From Vicinamibacterales bacterium (lineage in GTDB: Bacteria > Acidobacteriota > Vicinamibacteria > Vicinamibacterales > UBA8438), in assembly GCA_965221305.1 (NCBI GenBank), contig OZ244881.1:749159-813158 (forward strand): a stretch of DNA of 64,000 nucleotides, in the 5' to 3' direction. Made by a program: the position numbers and the translations under genes. The notes beneath the pieces were generated by a model that did not search any database, was not told where the DNA came from, and saw only the letters and a program-made list of their open reading frames with translations. Shown piece after piece: positions 1 through 10,516 of this stretch. Within the stretch, counting starts at the first letter, position 1, and each line of letters starts with the position of its first letter.

Positions 1-464
1 ACCACATCGTGCAGGCGGCCGACCACGTGATGATCCTGTCCGAGATGATCCACGACGCGCGGATCATCCCGCTCGTCGACGCGGACGCGCCCCCGGCCGG
101 CGTGCAGCAGTGGATCGGTCTGTCGCGGGGGCGTTGGGACGGTGACACCCTCGTCGTGGAGACCACCAACTTCAACGGCAAGAACCCGTTCCAGGGGTCC
201 GGCGACCGGATGAAGGTGACCGAACGCCTGACGCGGGTGTCGGAGGACGTGATCGAGTACCGGTTCACGGTGGACGATCCGGGGACCTGGGACCGCCCGT
301 GGACGGCCGTGAACCTGATGCAGAAGACGCGGGGGCCGCTGTTCGAGTTCGCCTGCCACGAGGGCAACTACGGGCTCTACAACACGCTGGTCGGCGCCCG
401 CCTGGAAGAGCGGCTTGCGGCCGAGGCGGCGGCGGAGCAGGCCGAGCGGGGCAGGGACAGGTGA
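1..464 (+). CDS. Hypothetical secreted-family protein, 5' truncated
   Basis: GRWDGDTLVVETTNF and FEFACHEGN motifs; paralog of the next ORF. Confidence 0.8.
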   Translation, partial: HIVQAADHVMILSEMIHDARIIPLVDADAPPAGVQQWIGLSRGRWDGDTLVVETTNFNGKNPFQGSGDRMKVTERLTRVSEDVIEYRFTVDDPGTWDRPWTAVNLMQKTRGPLFEFACHEGNYGLYNTLVGARLEERLAAEAAAEQAERGRDR

Positions 465-471
465 CGTGGCG

Positions 472-1287
472 ATGCGCATTCTCGCGGCGACGATGACGTT
501 GGCGGTTGCGGCGGCGGTCGCCGCAGCTCCCGCGGCGGGTCAGACCTCGGAGTACCAGGCGCCCCGGACGCCGGACGGCCGCCCCGATCTCAACGGGATC
601 TGGCAGGCGATGAACTCGGCTCACTGGGACGTCGAGCCCCATTCGGCGGGGCCGAGCGTGGTGCGCGAGCTGGGGGCGCTCTCGGCCGTGCCGGGCGGCC
701 TCGGGGTCATCGTCGACGGCGGCACCATCCCGTACACGCCGGAGGCGCTGGCCGAGCGCGACGCCAACCGGGCCGACCGGCTCGCGCGCGACCCCGCCAT
801 CAAGTGCTACCTCCCGGGCACGCCCCGCGGCATGTACATGCCGTTCCCGTTCCAGATCATCCAGAGCCGGGCCCACGTCATGATGGTCTTCGAGTTCGCC
901 GGCGCCGTGCGCACGGTGTACATGGAAGACCAGATGGACGCCCCCGCCGACAGCTGGATGGGGTGGTCGAACGGGCACTGGGAGGGCGACACCCTCGTCA
1001 TCGAGACGACCGGGTTCTACGGCCGGACCTGGTTCGACCAGTCCGGCAACCATCACTCCGAGGCGATGCGCGTCGTGGAGCGCATCACCCCGCGGAGCCC
1101 CGACACGCTCTGGTACGAGGCCACCATGGAGGACCCGAACGTCTTCACGCGGCCCTGGACGATGCGGATGCCCCTGTATCGGCGCGTGGAGGAGAACGCC
1201 CGCATTCTCGAGTTCCGTTGCGTCGAGTTCGTAGAGGATCTGATCTACGGGCACCTCCGCAAGCAGCCTCAGGAGCCTGCACGGTAG
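472..1287 (+). CDS. Hypothetical secreted protein (PRTPDGRPDLNGIW / GHWEGDTLVIET family)
   Basis: Signal peptide MRILAATMTLAVAAAVAAAPAAGQ; family motifs; ATG at 472 just after the upstream stop. Confidence 0.85.
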   Translation: MRILAATMTLAVAAAVAAAPAAGQTSEYQAPRTPDGRPDLNGIWQAMNSAHWDVEPHSAGPSVVRELGALSAVPGGLGVIVDGGTIPYTPEALAERDANRADRLARDPAIKCYLPGTPRGMYMPFPFQIIQSRAHVMMVFEFAGAVRTVYMEDQMDAPADSWMGWSNGHWEGDTLVIETTGFYGRTWFDQSGNHHSEAMRVVERITPRSPDTLWYEATMEDPNVFTRPWTMRMPLYRRVEENARILEFRCVEFVEDLIYGHLRKQPQEPAR

Positions 1288-1418
1288 AACGGCGCAGGCT
1301 CCGGGGGGGCGGTCGGGCGCCCAGTGGAGCCGAGGCGACGATTGGACGGGCTGGTGCGGCGCCACCGCCGAGAGTTCGGAGTATTCGGTGCTGGGAAGTC
1401 GTCGACGATGGGACCGAC

Positions 1419-1472
1419 AGGGCGAAGGCCGCACCCGAAGATGATAGGGCGAAGGCCGCACCCGAAGATGAT
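1419..1472. repeat. Perfect 27-bp tandem duplication AGGGCGAAGGCCGCACCCGAAGATGAT x2
   Basis: Copies at 1419-1445 and 1446-1472. Confidence 0.9.
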
Positions 1473-1492
1473 GGCGTGACGAACCGCTGGGA

Positions 1493-1573
1493 GAGTCTGC
1501 GCCGTGGAACGGCGCGGACTCGGTAGGATCGGTTGGGCGCTCAGCGGAGCCGAAGGCGGCGGTGGGCGGCTGG
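1493..1573 (+). repeat. Dispersed ~80-bp intergenic element (GCGCCGT-GGA-ACGGCGC hairpin ... GGAGCCGAAGGCG ... TGGGCGG)
   Basis: GAGTCTGCGCCGTGGAACGGCGC is identical at 1493 and 25166; related copies at 1284, 2122, 3826, 21667, 34225 and 54247. Confidence 0.75.
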
Positions 1574-1601
1574 GATGCCGGTCACGGTTCAGGGAGGAAC
1601 C

Positions 1602-2012
1602 ATGCGCACGAAGCTCGCTTGCGTCGTCGTCGTTGCGGGAGCGTTGCTCGCGGCCGCGCCGGTGTCGACCCATCACGCGTTCTCCGCGGAGTTCGACATC
1701 GAGAGGCCGCTGACCCTGACCGGCAAGCTCGTCCGGTGGGAGATGATCAACCCCCACTCCTGGTTCCACATGGACATCGAGAACGAAGAGGGCGAGCTGG
1801 TGCGGTGGATGATCGAGGGGGGCAGCCCCAACGAACTCATCCGCAACGGGGTCACCAAGAACACCCTCGACGTCGGTATCGAGTTGACCGTCGAGGGCTA
1901 CTACGCCAAGGACGGCACGCCCAAGGGCGTGGGCCGGAACTTCCTGCTCGCCAACGGCGAGCGGCTCTTTCTCGGGGGGTCGGCTCCGCCCGTCGCGCCC
2001 GCCGCCCGCTAG
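1602..2012 (+). CDS. DUF6152-family secreted protein
   Basis: RBS GGAGG; signal peptide followed by HHAFSAEFD; INPHSW and WMIEGGSPN motifs. Confidence 0.85.
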   Translation: MRTKLACVVVVAGALLAAAPVSTHHAFSAEFDIERPLTLTGKLVRWEMINPHSWFHMDIENEEGELVRWMIEGGSPNELIRNGVTKNTLDVGIELTVEGYYAKDGTPKGVGRNFLLANGERLFLGGSAPPVAPAAR

Positions 2013-2335
2013 GACCGTGACGAGAGTTGCGTCGTCGCGCCGCGCGCGCAGGAACCGCAGGCAAGCCGGGCAGTTCCGAAGGTAGTTGGCAGGGTTATAC
2101 CGAGCACTGCCCCTAAGGGCCTGCGGCGTGGAACGGAGCGGGTGACTGGAGGGTTGGTGGGACGGCCCAGCCACGATGGGCGGGCTAGTCGGGTAATCGT
2201 CTCGTGGCGGTTCCGGCGCGGGGTTGCGGCGCAGCCGCCCCCGGCCGGTCGTACAGCGGAGTCGGCGCCTCCGGCGGATGGTGTGCTCCGCGACTCGGGT
2301 TCCGGAACGTGAGCGTCAAGAGGGAGACGTCGATC

Positions 2336-3823
2336 ATGCGATCAACCATCGTGGCGGCGGGTGTCATCGCGCTGTCGCTGGCCGGCGCGGCCGGTGCGGC
2401 GGCCCAGGGTGCGGGGGCGGCGGAAGTCCCGACCTACAACGAGCACGTCGGCCCCATCCTGCTCGAGAGCTGCGGGAGCTGTCACCGGCCGAACCAAGTG
2501 GCGCCGATGTCGCTGCTGTCGTACCGGGACGTGCGGCCGTGGGCGCGCGCCATCAAGGCCAAGGTCGAGGCGCGCGAGATGCCGCCGTGGTTCGCCGACC
2601 CCCGGTTCGGCCGGTTCTCGAACGACACGAGCCTGAGCGACGAGCAGATCGAGACGATCGTCGCGTGGGCCGACGGCGGGGCCCCCGAGGGGGCGGGCCC
2701 GGCTCCCGAGGCCCCGCGCTTCTCGTCCGCGGGCTGGAGCCATCCGGAAGGGATCGAGCCCGACTACGTCATCGAGTTCCCCATCGCGTGGCAGATCGAC
2801 GCGGAGGGGGAGACGCCCAACTTCAACCTCTACACCCCCTTGCCGTTCGACGACGTGATGACGGTGTCGGCGACCCAGGTGCGGCCCGGCAACTACGCCG
2901 CGACCCACCACATCACCACCGGCCTCGTCAACCTGCCCGCGGGCATGGTGCTCGGCCGAGGGGCGGCGTGGGCCGGCGGCCCCGAGGTCGACTACGTGCC
3001 GGTGCGGGATCCGGAGGTCGACCCCGAGGACGTGGCGCGCCTGACCGCGGACGGGCGGGCCCAGCGCCGCGAGCTGACCCCCGAGCAGCGCGAGGAGGCC
3101 GCCGCCCAGCGCGCGGGCTTCGGCCCCTACATTCCCGGCGTCGGCGCCGACGTGGCCCGGCCCGGTCAGGTGCGCGAGATCCGCGGCGACCTCTTCGATT
3201 ACATCATCTGGAACCTGCACTACCAGGCCACGGGCAAGCCCGAGACGTCACGGCCCTCGATCGGGGCTTGGCTGGCCACCGAGGAGCGGTCGCAGCGGGT
3301 GCGCAGCCTCAGTCTCAACGAGACCACCTCCGAGAACGAGCAGTTGGTCGCGCCGCCGCCGCTGACGCCCGAGGAGCGCCGCGCCAGGGCCGCCTCCCGT
3401 CAGGTGGGGCAGGGGCTGAACCCCCTCCTCGCGCCGATTCCGCCGAACGACGGGAGCTGGACGGTGACGGGCATCGGGGGCTTCCAGAACGACGCCGTCA
3501 TCCAGTCGATGTTCGTTCACGCCCACGTCCGGGGCAAGGACTTCACCTGGGTGGTGACGTATCCCGACGGCCGCGAGGAGATACTGCTGCGGGTCCCCGA
3601 CTACGACTTCGACTGGCAGTTCGAGTACGAGCTGGCCGAACCGATCCGGGTGCCGGCGGGCAGCACTGTGAAGTCGATCGCCCGCTACGACAACTCGCGC
3701 AACAACCGGCGCAACCCGGCTCCGCACAAGGAGGTCTACTGGTCGGAGCAGAGCTGGGACGACATGTACCTGACCAACGTGAGGTACACGCTGGCCGACG
3801 AGACCCCGGCCGACGACGACTAG
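2336..3823 (+). CDS. Secreted cytochrome c (CxxCH) + copper type II monooxygenase-like protein
   Basis: Signal peptide; CGSCH; REMPPW; THH; HAH; YDFDWQ; WDDM. Confidence 0.8.
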   Translation: MRSTIVAAGVIALSLAGAAGAAAQGAGAAEVPTYNEHVGPILLESCGSCHRPNQVAPMSLLSYRDVRPWARAIKAKVEAREMPPWFADPRFGRFSNDTSLSDEQIETIVAWADGGAPEGAGPAPEAPRFSSAGWSHPEGIEPDYVIEFPIAWQIDAEGETPNFNLYTPLPFDDVMTVSATQVRPGNYAATHHITTGLVNLPAGMVLGRGAAWAGGPEVDYVPVRDPEVDPEDVARLTADGRAQRRELTPEQREEAAAQRAGFGPYIPGVGADVARPGQVREIRGDLFDYIIWNLHYQATGKPETSRPSIGAWLATEERSQRVRSLSLNETTSENEQLVAPPPLTPEERRARAASRQVGQGLNPLLAPIPPNDGSWTVTGIGGFQNDAVIQSMFVHAHVRGKDFTWVVTYPDGREEILLRVPDYDFDWQFEYELAEPIRVPAGSTVKSIARYDNSRNNRRNPAPHKEVYWSEQSWDDMYLTNVRYTLADETPADDD

Positions 3824-4079
3824 TTTCGAGCGGCGCGGGCGGCCAACGGGTCGGCTGGGCGGCAAGCGGACGCCGCGACGCGACTCCGCGGTCGCGTTCG
3901 GCGGCGATTGGCGGGCGGGGCCCGACCGGTCGGCGCCGCCTCCTGTGAGGCGGGCGGCGCCGGCTCCCTGCGACGTGCGTGGCGGGGAGCCGCTCCGCCT
4001 CGTCGCAGGGCCGCCCCGCGCGTTCCTGCCTCGGCTTCCCCATTCCCCGCCGCTCTCGCCGGAGGCGACAGGAGACATC

Positions 4080-4772
4080 ATGCGGAACGCGGTCCTCTCG
4101 GTGTGCGTTCTTCTGGCTGTCGCGGCGATGGCGGCGGCGCAGACGCCCGCGGAGCTCGAGGCCGAGCCCATCGTCAAGCTGCAGCCCGGCGAAACCGAGG
4201 TCGAGGGCCAGTGCCTGACCGAGCAGGAGCTCGATCTCATCGCCCGGCTCAACGCTCTGCGACGCCCAACCCTCGGGGTCGAGGGCGATGCCGAGGGCGA
4301 CGACCCCGCCCCGTTCGATCCCCACTATTTCGTCGGGAGGTGGGAGGTCGAGGGGGTGCTGCCCGATTCACCCCTGGCCGAGTCGAGCGAGTTCGTGGGG
4401 ACCGAGACGGTGCGGCACGTGGTGGGGTGCACGTACGCCAGCACGATCGAGGCGACCACGTTCGACGGCGCCGTGACGGTCGAATCCACGCTGGTGTACG
4501 ACCGGCGCATCCGGTACCTGGTGCGTCTCGAGAAGGACAGCCGCGGCTGGGAGCTCCTCAAGGTCGGCCGGCTCGGGGGCGACCCCGGCGGCTACTTCTC
4601 CCACCACTGGGAGGCAGCGCCGATCGAGCGCGGGGGAAGCCGGGTCAGGCTCGCCGGCCGCACGTTCATGCTGTCGCCGTTCCACTACGACGTCCGCATG
4701 CGCATGTCGGTCGACGGGGAGCCGTTCGTGAACTACGGCACCCTGCGCTGGCGGCGCCTCGACGAGCCGTGA
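4080..4772 (+). CDS. Hypothetical secreted protein
   Basis: RBS AGGAGA; signal peptide MRNAVLSVCVLLAVAAMAAAQ; typical codon use. Confidence 0.75.
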   Translation: MRNAVLSVCVLLAVAAMAAAQTPAELEAEPIVKLQPGETEVEGQCLTEQELDLIARLNALRRPTLGVEGDAEGDDPAPFDPHYFVGRWEVEGVLPDSPLAESSEFVGTETVRHVVGCTYASTIEATTFDGAVTVESTLVYDRRIRYLVRLEKDSRGWELLKVGRLGGDPGGYFSHHWEAAPIERGGSRVRLAGRTFMLSPFHYDVRMRMSVDGEPFVNYGTLRWRRLDEP

Positions 4773-5084
4773 AGGCACGGCGCGGTCTTTCCGAGCATCG
4801 GCTGCGCAGGGCGTGGGTCGTTCCGTCTTGGGGCCGGGCCATGCTTGGGGGCTTGGTCGAATGGTCAAGGCTGTCGCGGCCGTGGTCGGCGCCCCTGTCG
4901 GCCTCTTGAGCGCGTGGCGAATTGCCCGGTCGACCGGCCGCGTCGACTCCATTGAACAGACGCACCGCGTCCTCGGGGCGTTGATGCACGGCGCCCCGAG
5001 ACGGGACTGACCATCCGCACGGATACCGTCGAGCAGGGGTGACGCGCGGACGCTGACCCGTCGTCCGTGGTGGCGGCCCGCGCC

Positions 5085-5798
5085 TCAAGCGCTGCTGCGC
5101 GACCGAGCTTCCTCTCTCCGGCGCTCGAAGAGCCAGCGGACGTCCACTGCGAACGAGCCGACCAGCAGGACCAGGGTGACCGCCGCCCCGGTGGCGGCGA
5201 GGCCGGCGGGGACGATGGGGGCGAGGCAGACGACGAGGGCGACGCCCTGGGCGACGCACCCCGCCTTGCGGCGCAGCCGCTGCGGCAGGGGAGCCCGCAG
5301 CCACGGCATCAGCCGGCCGGCCGCCACGAACAGGTAGCGGGGCGCGCCGAGCAGCAGAACCCAGGCGTCGAGCCTTCCGCTCCACCATACCAGCGCGGCC
5401 AGCACCAGCATCAGGACCGAGTCGAGCTCCATGTCGAATCGGGCGCCGAAGTCCGTGCCGGTGCCGGTGCGCCGCGCCACGAGCCCGTCGACGCCGTCGA
5501 GGCAAAGGGCGGCGGCGGCCATGCCGATGATCCACCAGAGGCTGGCGTCGGAGAAGGCCTGCGCGTGCGGCACGGCCGCGGCGAGCGAGAGGACCAGCGC
5601 GGCGCGGCCCACCGTGACCCGGTTGGCCGCGCCCAAACCGGGCCAGGGCTGAGGCGGCAGGAAACCCTGAACGGCCGCCGCGAACAGGCCGTAGGCGGCC
5701 ACCGCGGTCGGAAGATAGTCGCGCGGCAGTTCGATCCGCCGGGCGGTGGCCCCGGCGACGAGCAGCAGCGGCGCCAAACCGAGCGCCAGCTCCGCCAT
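5085..5798 (-). CDS. CDP-alcohol phosphatidyltransferase family protein
   Basis: Signature DGVDGLVARR-x-GARFDMELD; multiple TM helices; start could be as far up as 5858. Confidence 0.9.
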   Translation of the reverse strand: MAELALGLAPLLLVAGATARRIELPRDYLPTAVAAYGLFAAAVQGFLPPQPWPGLGAANRVTVGRAALVLSLAAAVPHAQAFSDASLWWIIGMAAAALCLDGVDGLVARRTGTGTDFGARFDMELDSVLMLVLAALVWWSGRLDAWVLLLGAPRYLFVAAGRLMPWLRAPLPQRLRRKAGCVAQGVALVVCLAPIVPAGLAATGAAVTLVLLVGSFAVDVRWLFERRREEARSRSSA

Positions 5799-5869
5799 CA
5801 CGCGGCCCCGCCCGTGGACGGGGGGACCGGCCGGGGCGCGAAGGCGGGTCGCGGGCATGGTCTGATAAG

Positions 5870-6868
5870 GTGTCCGGCGCTGGACTCGCGATGGCGGAGC
5901 CGATCACCGCACGTCAGTTCTGGATCGAGGCGCCCGGCCGCGGCGTCATTCTGGACGCGCGTCTGCCTCCGCGCCGGGACCACGAGGTGTCGATCCGCAC
6001 GCTCTACTCGGGCATCAGCCGTGGCACCGAGGCGCTGGTGTATCGCGGCGGGGTGCCTTCATCACAGTATCAGGCGATGCGGGCGCCGTTCCAGGAGGGG
6101 GAGTTCCCCGGCCCCGTGAAGTACGGCTACAGCAGCGTTGGCCGGGTGGTCGAGGGCCCCGAGGACCTCGACGGGCAGGTGATCTTCTGCCTCCATCCCC
6201 ACCAGGACCGCTACACGGTCCCGCGGAGTGCGGTGACGCGGGTGCCGGCCGGAGTGCCGCCGGGCCGCGCCGTCCTGGCCGCCAATCTCGAGACCGCCGT
6301 GAACGTGCTGTGGGACGCCCGCCCGGTCGTCGGCGACCGCATCGTCGTCGTGGGCGGGGGGGTGGTGGGGCTGCTCTGCGCCTGGCTCTGCCGGCCGACG
6401 CCCGGGGCCGAGCTGACCCTCGTCGATCCGAACCCCGCGCGGGCGTCGGTCGCCGACGCCCTGGAGATCCCGTTTCGCACGACGGCGCCCGCCGGCGCCG
6501 ACGCCGACCTCGTCATCCACGCCAGCGGCCATCCCGAGGGACTCGCCGCGGCCCTCGCCGTGGCGGGCGTGGAGGGGACCATCGTCGAGGCGAGCTGGTT
6601 CGGCGACCGGCCGGCGCCGCTGCCGCTCGGCGAGGCCTTTCACGCCCGCCGGCTGACGGTGCGGAGCAGCCAGGTCGGACGCCTTCCCCCCGCCCGCACC
6701 CCGCGGTGGGACCACGCGCGCCGGTTGGCGCTGGCCATGACGTTGCTCGGCGACGCGCGTCTCGATGCGCTGATTACGGGCGAGGACCGGTTCGAGGAGC
6801 TGCCGGACGTCATGGCCCGCGTGAGCCGCGCGCCGGGGGACACCCTCTGCCATCGCATCCGCTATTGA
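5870..6868 (+). CDS. Zinc-binding alcohol dehydrogenase (MDR)-like protein
   Basis: [15 protein letters not shown] and Rossmann motif VVGGGVVG. Confidence 0.9.
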   Translation: MSGAGLAMAEPITARQFWIEAPGRGVILDARLPPRRDHEVSIRTLYSGISRGTEALVYRGGVPSSQYQAMRAPFQEGEFPGPVKYGYSSVGRVVEGPEDLDGQVIFCLHPHQDRYTVPRSAVTRVPAGVPPGRAVLAANLETAVNVLWDARPVVGDRIVVVGGGVVGLLCAWLCRPTPGAELTLVDPNPARASVADALEIPFRTTAPAGADADLVIHASGHPEGLAAALAVAGVEGTIVEASWFGDRPAPLPLGEAFHARRLTVRSSQVGRLPPARTPRWDHARRLALAMTLLGDARLDALITGEDRFEELPDVMARVSRAPGDTLCHRIRY

Positions 6869-6887
6869 CTCCTGCGACGACGGAACC

Positions 6888-7286
6888 ATGTATAGCCTCA
6901 ACGTTCGCGACCACTTCATGATCGCCCACAGCTTCGAGGGCGAGGTCTTCGGTCCCGCCCAACGCCTGCACGGGGCCACCTACGTCGTCGACGCCACCTT
7001 CCGTCGCGCGGAGCTGGACGACGACGGCTTGGTGGTGGACATCGGGTTGGCGGGCCGGCGCCTCGGCGAGGTTCTCGCGGACCTCAACTACCGCAACCTG
7101 GACGAGGAGCCGGCGTTCGCGGGGCGGAACACGTCGACGGAGTTCCTCGCCCGGCACATCTTCGACCGGCTCGCGGAGGCCGCGCGGCACGGCCGTCTGG
7201 GAGTGGGCGCGCGCGGCCTCGCCTCCATCCGCGTCACCCTGCGCGAGTCGCACGTCGCCTGGGGCAGCTACGAGGGTCCCGTGTGA
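6888..7286 (+). CDS. 6-pyruvoyl-tetrahydropterin synthase / QueD-like protein (COG0720), Cys-less variant
   Basis: [26 protein letters not shown] and VTLRES motifs. Confidence 0.9.
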   Translation: MYSLNVRDHFMIAHSFEGEVFGPAQRLHGATYVVDATFRRAELDDDGLVVDIGLAGRRLGEVLADLNYRNLDEEPAFAGRNTSTEFLARHIFDRLAEAARHGRLGVGARGLASIRVTLRESHVAWGSYEGPV

Positions 7287-8362
7287 CCTCGACACGCCTG
7301 CACGTCGTCGTGCCCGGCCGGCTCGACCAGCAGACCGGGGGCTACATCTACGACCGCCGGATGGTCGAGGGGCTGCGCGCCCGGGGCTGGCGGGTCGACG
7401 TGCACAGCGTGGCGGGTGCATTCCCCACGGACGACGCCGGCGCCGGCGCCCGGATGGCGGCGGTGCTGGCCGGCCTCCCCGACGGCGCGCGGGTGCTCGT
7501 CGACGGGCTGGCCCTCGGGGGGTTGCCGGGGCCCGTCGAGGCCGAGGGGGCCCGACTGCGCGTTCTTGCCCTGGTTCATCATCCGCTCGCCGACGAAACG
7601 GGGCTCGCCGCGCCCCGGCGCGCCCGGTTCGAGGTCCTCGAGCGGGCGGCCCTGGCCGCCTGCGCCGGCGTGGTCGTCACGAGCGGGTTCACCGCCCGGC
7701 GGATCGAGGCCTATGGCGTGGATCCGGCGCGCGTGCGTGCGGTCCGCCCCGGCACCGACCCTGTGCCCCTCGCCGACGGCCCGGAATCGGGAGAACCCCC
7801 GCTGCTGCTGTCGGTGGCGGCGGTGACGCCCCGGAAGGGCCAACGGGTGCTGGCGGCGGCCCTGGCCCGGCTCGCCGATCTGCCGTGGCGCTGCGTCTGC
7901 GCCGGCAGCCTCGACCGGCATCCGGGTTACGCGGCCGAGGTGACCGCGTTCGCACGCGAGGCGGGCTTCGGCGACCGAGTGCGGTTCGCCGGCGAGTGCG
8001 GCGCGGCCGAGCTCGACCGTCTGTATCATCGGGCCTCGCTGTTCGTGCTGCCCTCGTACTACGAGGGGTACGGCATGGCGCTGGCCGATGCGCTGGCGCG
8101 AGGGCTCCCGGTGGTCAGCACCACCGGGGGCGCGATTCCTCACACCGTGCCGGCCGACGCGGGTGTGCTCGTGGCCCCCGGCGACGAGGCGGCGCTGGCC
8201 GATGCCCTGCACCGCCTGCTCGTCGAGCCGGGGGGCGCCGAGCGCCGTGAGGTGCTCGCGGCGGCGGCCCGCCGTCATGCCGGGACGTTGCCGGACTGGT
8301 CGGGGGCGGCCCGCCGGTTCGCGGAAGCGGTACTGGCATTGACCGGCGACCGAGAAGTCTGA
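7283..8362 (+). CDS. Glycosyltransferase family 4
   Basis: TGGYIYD, PRKG and [22 protein letters not shown]; GTGA overlap with the upstream stop. Confidence 0.92.
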   Translation: MTSTRLHVVVPGRLDQQTGGYIYDRRMVEGLRARGWRVDVHSVAGAFPTDDAGAGARMAAVLAGLPDGARVLVDGLALGGLPGPVEAEGARLRVLALVHHPLADETGLAAPRRARFEVLERAALAACAGVVVTSGFTARRIEAYGVDPARVRAVRPGTDPVPLADGPESGEPPLLLSVAAVTPRKGQRVLAAALARLADLPWRCVCAGSLDRHPGYAAEVTAFAREAGFGDRVRFAGECGAAELDRLYHRASLFVLPSYYEGYGMALADALARGLPVVSTTGGAIPHTVPADAGVLVAPGDEAALADALHRLLVEPGGAERREVLAAAARRHAGTLPDWSGAARRFAEAVLALTGDREV

Positions 8363-8666
8363 CGCCGACGGCAGGCTCGGGCAGCGCGACGCTGGATCGG
8401 AAAGAACGGGCACGTGCATGACGACGGTGACCCTCGAAGGCACCCAGGAGGGCTCGGGCTTCGTGACGCTGGATCGGAAGAACGGGCGGGAAGCGGCCGG
8501 AGCGGCCACACGGAGACGTTGACGCCGATTGGCGGGCCGAAACACCGCCGGCGGCGAGGCTGCGCCCTCGCCCGCGCAGGTTGGCGGCCGCAGGTTCCGA
8601 CCCGGGAAGGGCGCAGCTGCCTTGCGTGAGCCGGTGAGCGGGACGGGAGGCGGCCGGAGCGGCCCC

Positions 8667-9503
8667 ATGGAGACGTTCGACGCCGACTGGCTGGCGTTGC
8701 GCGAGCCGGCGGACCGGCGGGCGCGGGACGCGAGGCTGCCGGAGCGCTTGCGCGTGGCGTGGAGGCGGCTCGGCTGGAGCCGGGTGGTCGACCTGGGCAG
8801 CGGGACCGGCGCCAACCTGCGGTACCTCGCCCCGCGGCTGCCGCCCGGCCAGCGGTGGACCCTAGTCGATCACGATCCGCGGCACGTGGGATTGCTGCGG
8901 CGCTTCGACGGGCCGCCGGAGGTCGACGCGGTCGCCGCCGAGCGCCGCGATCTCGCGGCGGGCGGGCTGACCGTCGTCGAGGGAGCGGATCTGGTTACCG
9001 CGTCGGCCCTGCTGGATCTGGTCTCCGAGCCGTGGCTCTCGGAAATGGTGGGCCGGTGCGCGGACGCCGCCGCCGGCGCGTACTTCGCGCTGACCTACGA
9101 CGGCGAGGTGCAGTGGATGACGGAATCGGCGGCGGGATGGCGGGTCGACCACGACCCGGACGACGGCCTGGTTCGGGAAGCCGTCAACCGGCACCAACAG
9201 GGTGACAAGGGCTTCGGCCGGGCCCTGGGGCCGGCGGCCGCTTCCCTCGCCGCGCGTCTCTTCCGGGAGGCCGGGTACCGCACCTGGCTCGCCGAGAGCA
9301 GCTGGCGGCTCGAGGCCGCCGACCACCGGCTGGCCGACCGGCTTCTCGAGGGATGGGCGGCGGCCGCGGCCGAGTCGCAGCCGGACGCGGCGGCTCGGGT
9401 GGCGGCGTGGGCGGTCCGCCGCCGGGCCACCCTCGGCCGCGGGTCGTTCCGGGTGACGGTCGGGCATCGCGATCTCCTCGCGCTGCCGGGTGGCGCCGCA
9501 TGA
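8667..9503 (+). CDS. Class I SAM-dependent methyltransferase-like protein
   Basis: FDADWLALREPAD, VVDLGSGTGANLRYL and VTASALLDL. Confidence 0.85.
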   Translation: METFDADWLALREPADRRARDARLPERLRVAWRRLGWSRVVDLGSGTGANLRYLAPRLPPGQRWTLVDHDPRHVGLLRRFDGPPEVDAVAAERRDLAAGGLTVVEGADLVTASALLDLVSEPWLSEMVGRCADAAAGAYFALTYDGEVQWMTESAAGWRVDHDPDDGLVREAVNRHQQGDKGFGRALGPAAASLAARLFREAGYRTWLAESSWRLEAADHRLADRLLEGWAAAAAESQPDAAARVAAWAVRRRATLGRGSFRVTVGHRDLLALPGGAA

Positions 9504-10516
9504 GCGGACACGAACGGCGGGCGGCCGAGCTCCCGCGGCGCGGTGCGGGGCGCCTTCCCCTCCTCCTGCGGGCGGCGGTCAGCCTGGGCCTGCTCGGCGG
9601 TCTCGCGGTGTGGCTCGATGCCGGTGCGTTGACGTCGCGGCTGGCGTCCATGCGACCGTCCTGGGTGCTGGCCGCGCTCGCTCTCTCCGCGGTGCAGGTG
9701 GCGGTGCTCGCGTGGCGGTGGAGCTTCACCGCCCGCCGGCTCGGCGTCGACCTCCCGTGGCCGGTCGCGTGGCGCGAGTACTACCTGTCGATCTTCCTCA
9801 ACCAGGTCCTGCCCGGCGGCGTCCTCGGCGACGTGGCCCGGGCTTGGCGTCAGGCGAGGTCGCAGATCCGGGTACGGGCGCCGGGAGGGCCCGCGGTGCG
9901 GGCGGTGGTGTTCGAGCGCCTGTCGGCCCAGGTGGTCATGACCACCGCGGCCGGCGTCTCGCTGCTCTTCCTGCCCGTCACCGTGGCCCCGGGCTCCCGG
10001 CCGGTCATGATCGCGGCGGGACTGCTGGCGGGCGGGCTCGTCGTCGCGACGGTCGTTTGGATGCGGCGCCAGTCGTCCGAGTGGTCACTGTTCGGGCCCA
10101 TCCTGGCCGAGGTCGGGGCCGCCCACCTGCCGCCGGGCGCGTTCGTGGCGCAGCTCGCGAGCGCCACCGTGGTCGTGGCGACGTACCTGGCGACCTATCT
10201 CCTGGCCGCGAGGGCGGTGGGGGTGGAGACGCCGCTGCCGGTTCTGCTTCCCCTCGTCGCCCCGGTCCTGATGTCGATGCTGATTCCGGTGACGGTGGCG
10301 GGATGGGGCCTGCGCGAGGGGGCGGCCGCGGTGCTCTGGGGCGCGGTGGGGTTGACCGCGGCCGACGGCGTCGTGGTGTCCGTCGCCTATGGGCTCCTGG
10401 TGCTGGCCGGCAGCGCGCCCGGCGCCCTGTTCCTGGCCCTTGGTCTCCGACGCGGGCGCTCCCGCGCCGGCGCGGCGGACGGACCGCCGGCGGATCGGAG
10501 TCGAGCCGCACGGTGA
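9500..10516 (+). CDS. Lysylphosphatidylglycerol synthase TM-domain / flippase-like membrane protein
   Basis: FLNQVLPGGVLGDVAR and IPVTVAGWGLRE; ATGA overlap. Confidence 0.88.
   Translation: MSGHERRAAELPRRGAGRLPLLLRAAVSLGLLGGLAVWLDAGALTSRLASMRPSWVLAALALSAVQVAVLAWRWSFTARRLGVDLPWPVAWREYYLSIFLNQVLPGGVLGDVARAWRQARSQIRVRAPGGPAVRAVVFERLSAQVVMTTAAGVSLLFLPVTVAPGSRPVMIAAGLLAGGLVVATVVWMRRQSSEWSLFGPILAEVGAAHLPPGAFVAQLASATVVVATYLATYLLAARAVGVETPLPVLLPLVAPVLMSMLIPVTVAGWGLREGAAAVLWGAVGLTAADGVVVSVAYGLLVLAGSAPGALFLALGLRRGRSRAGAADGPPADRSRAAR

Noticed and set aside
4813-5010. Small ORF between convergent genes
   Set aside because: No RBS, motif or codon-bias support
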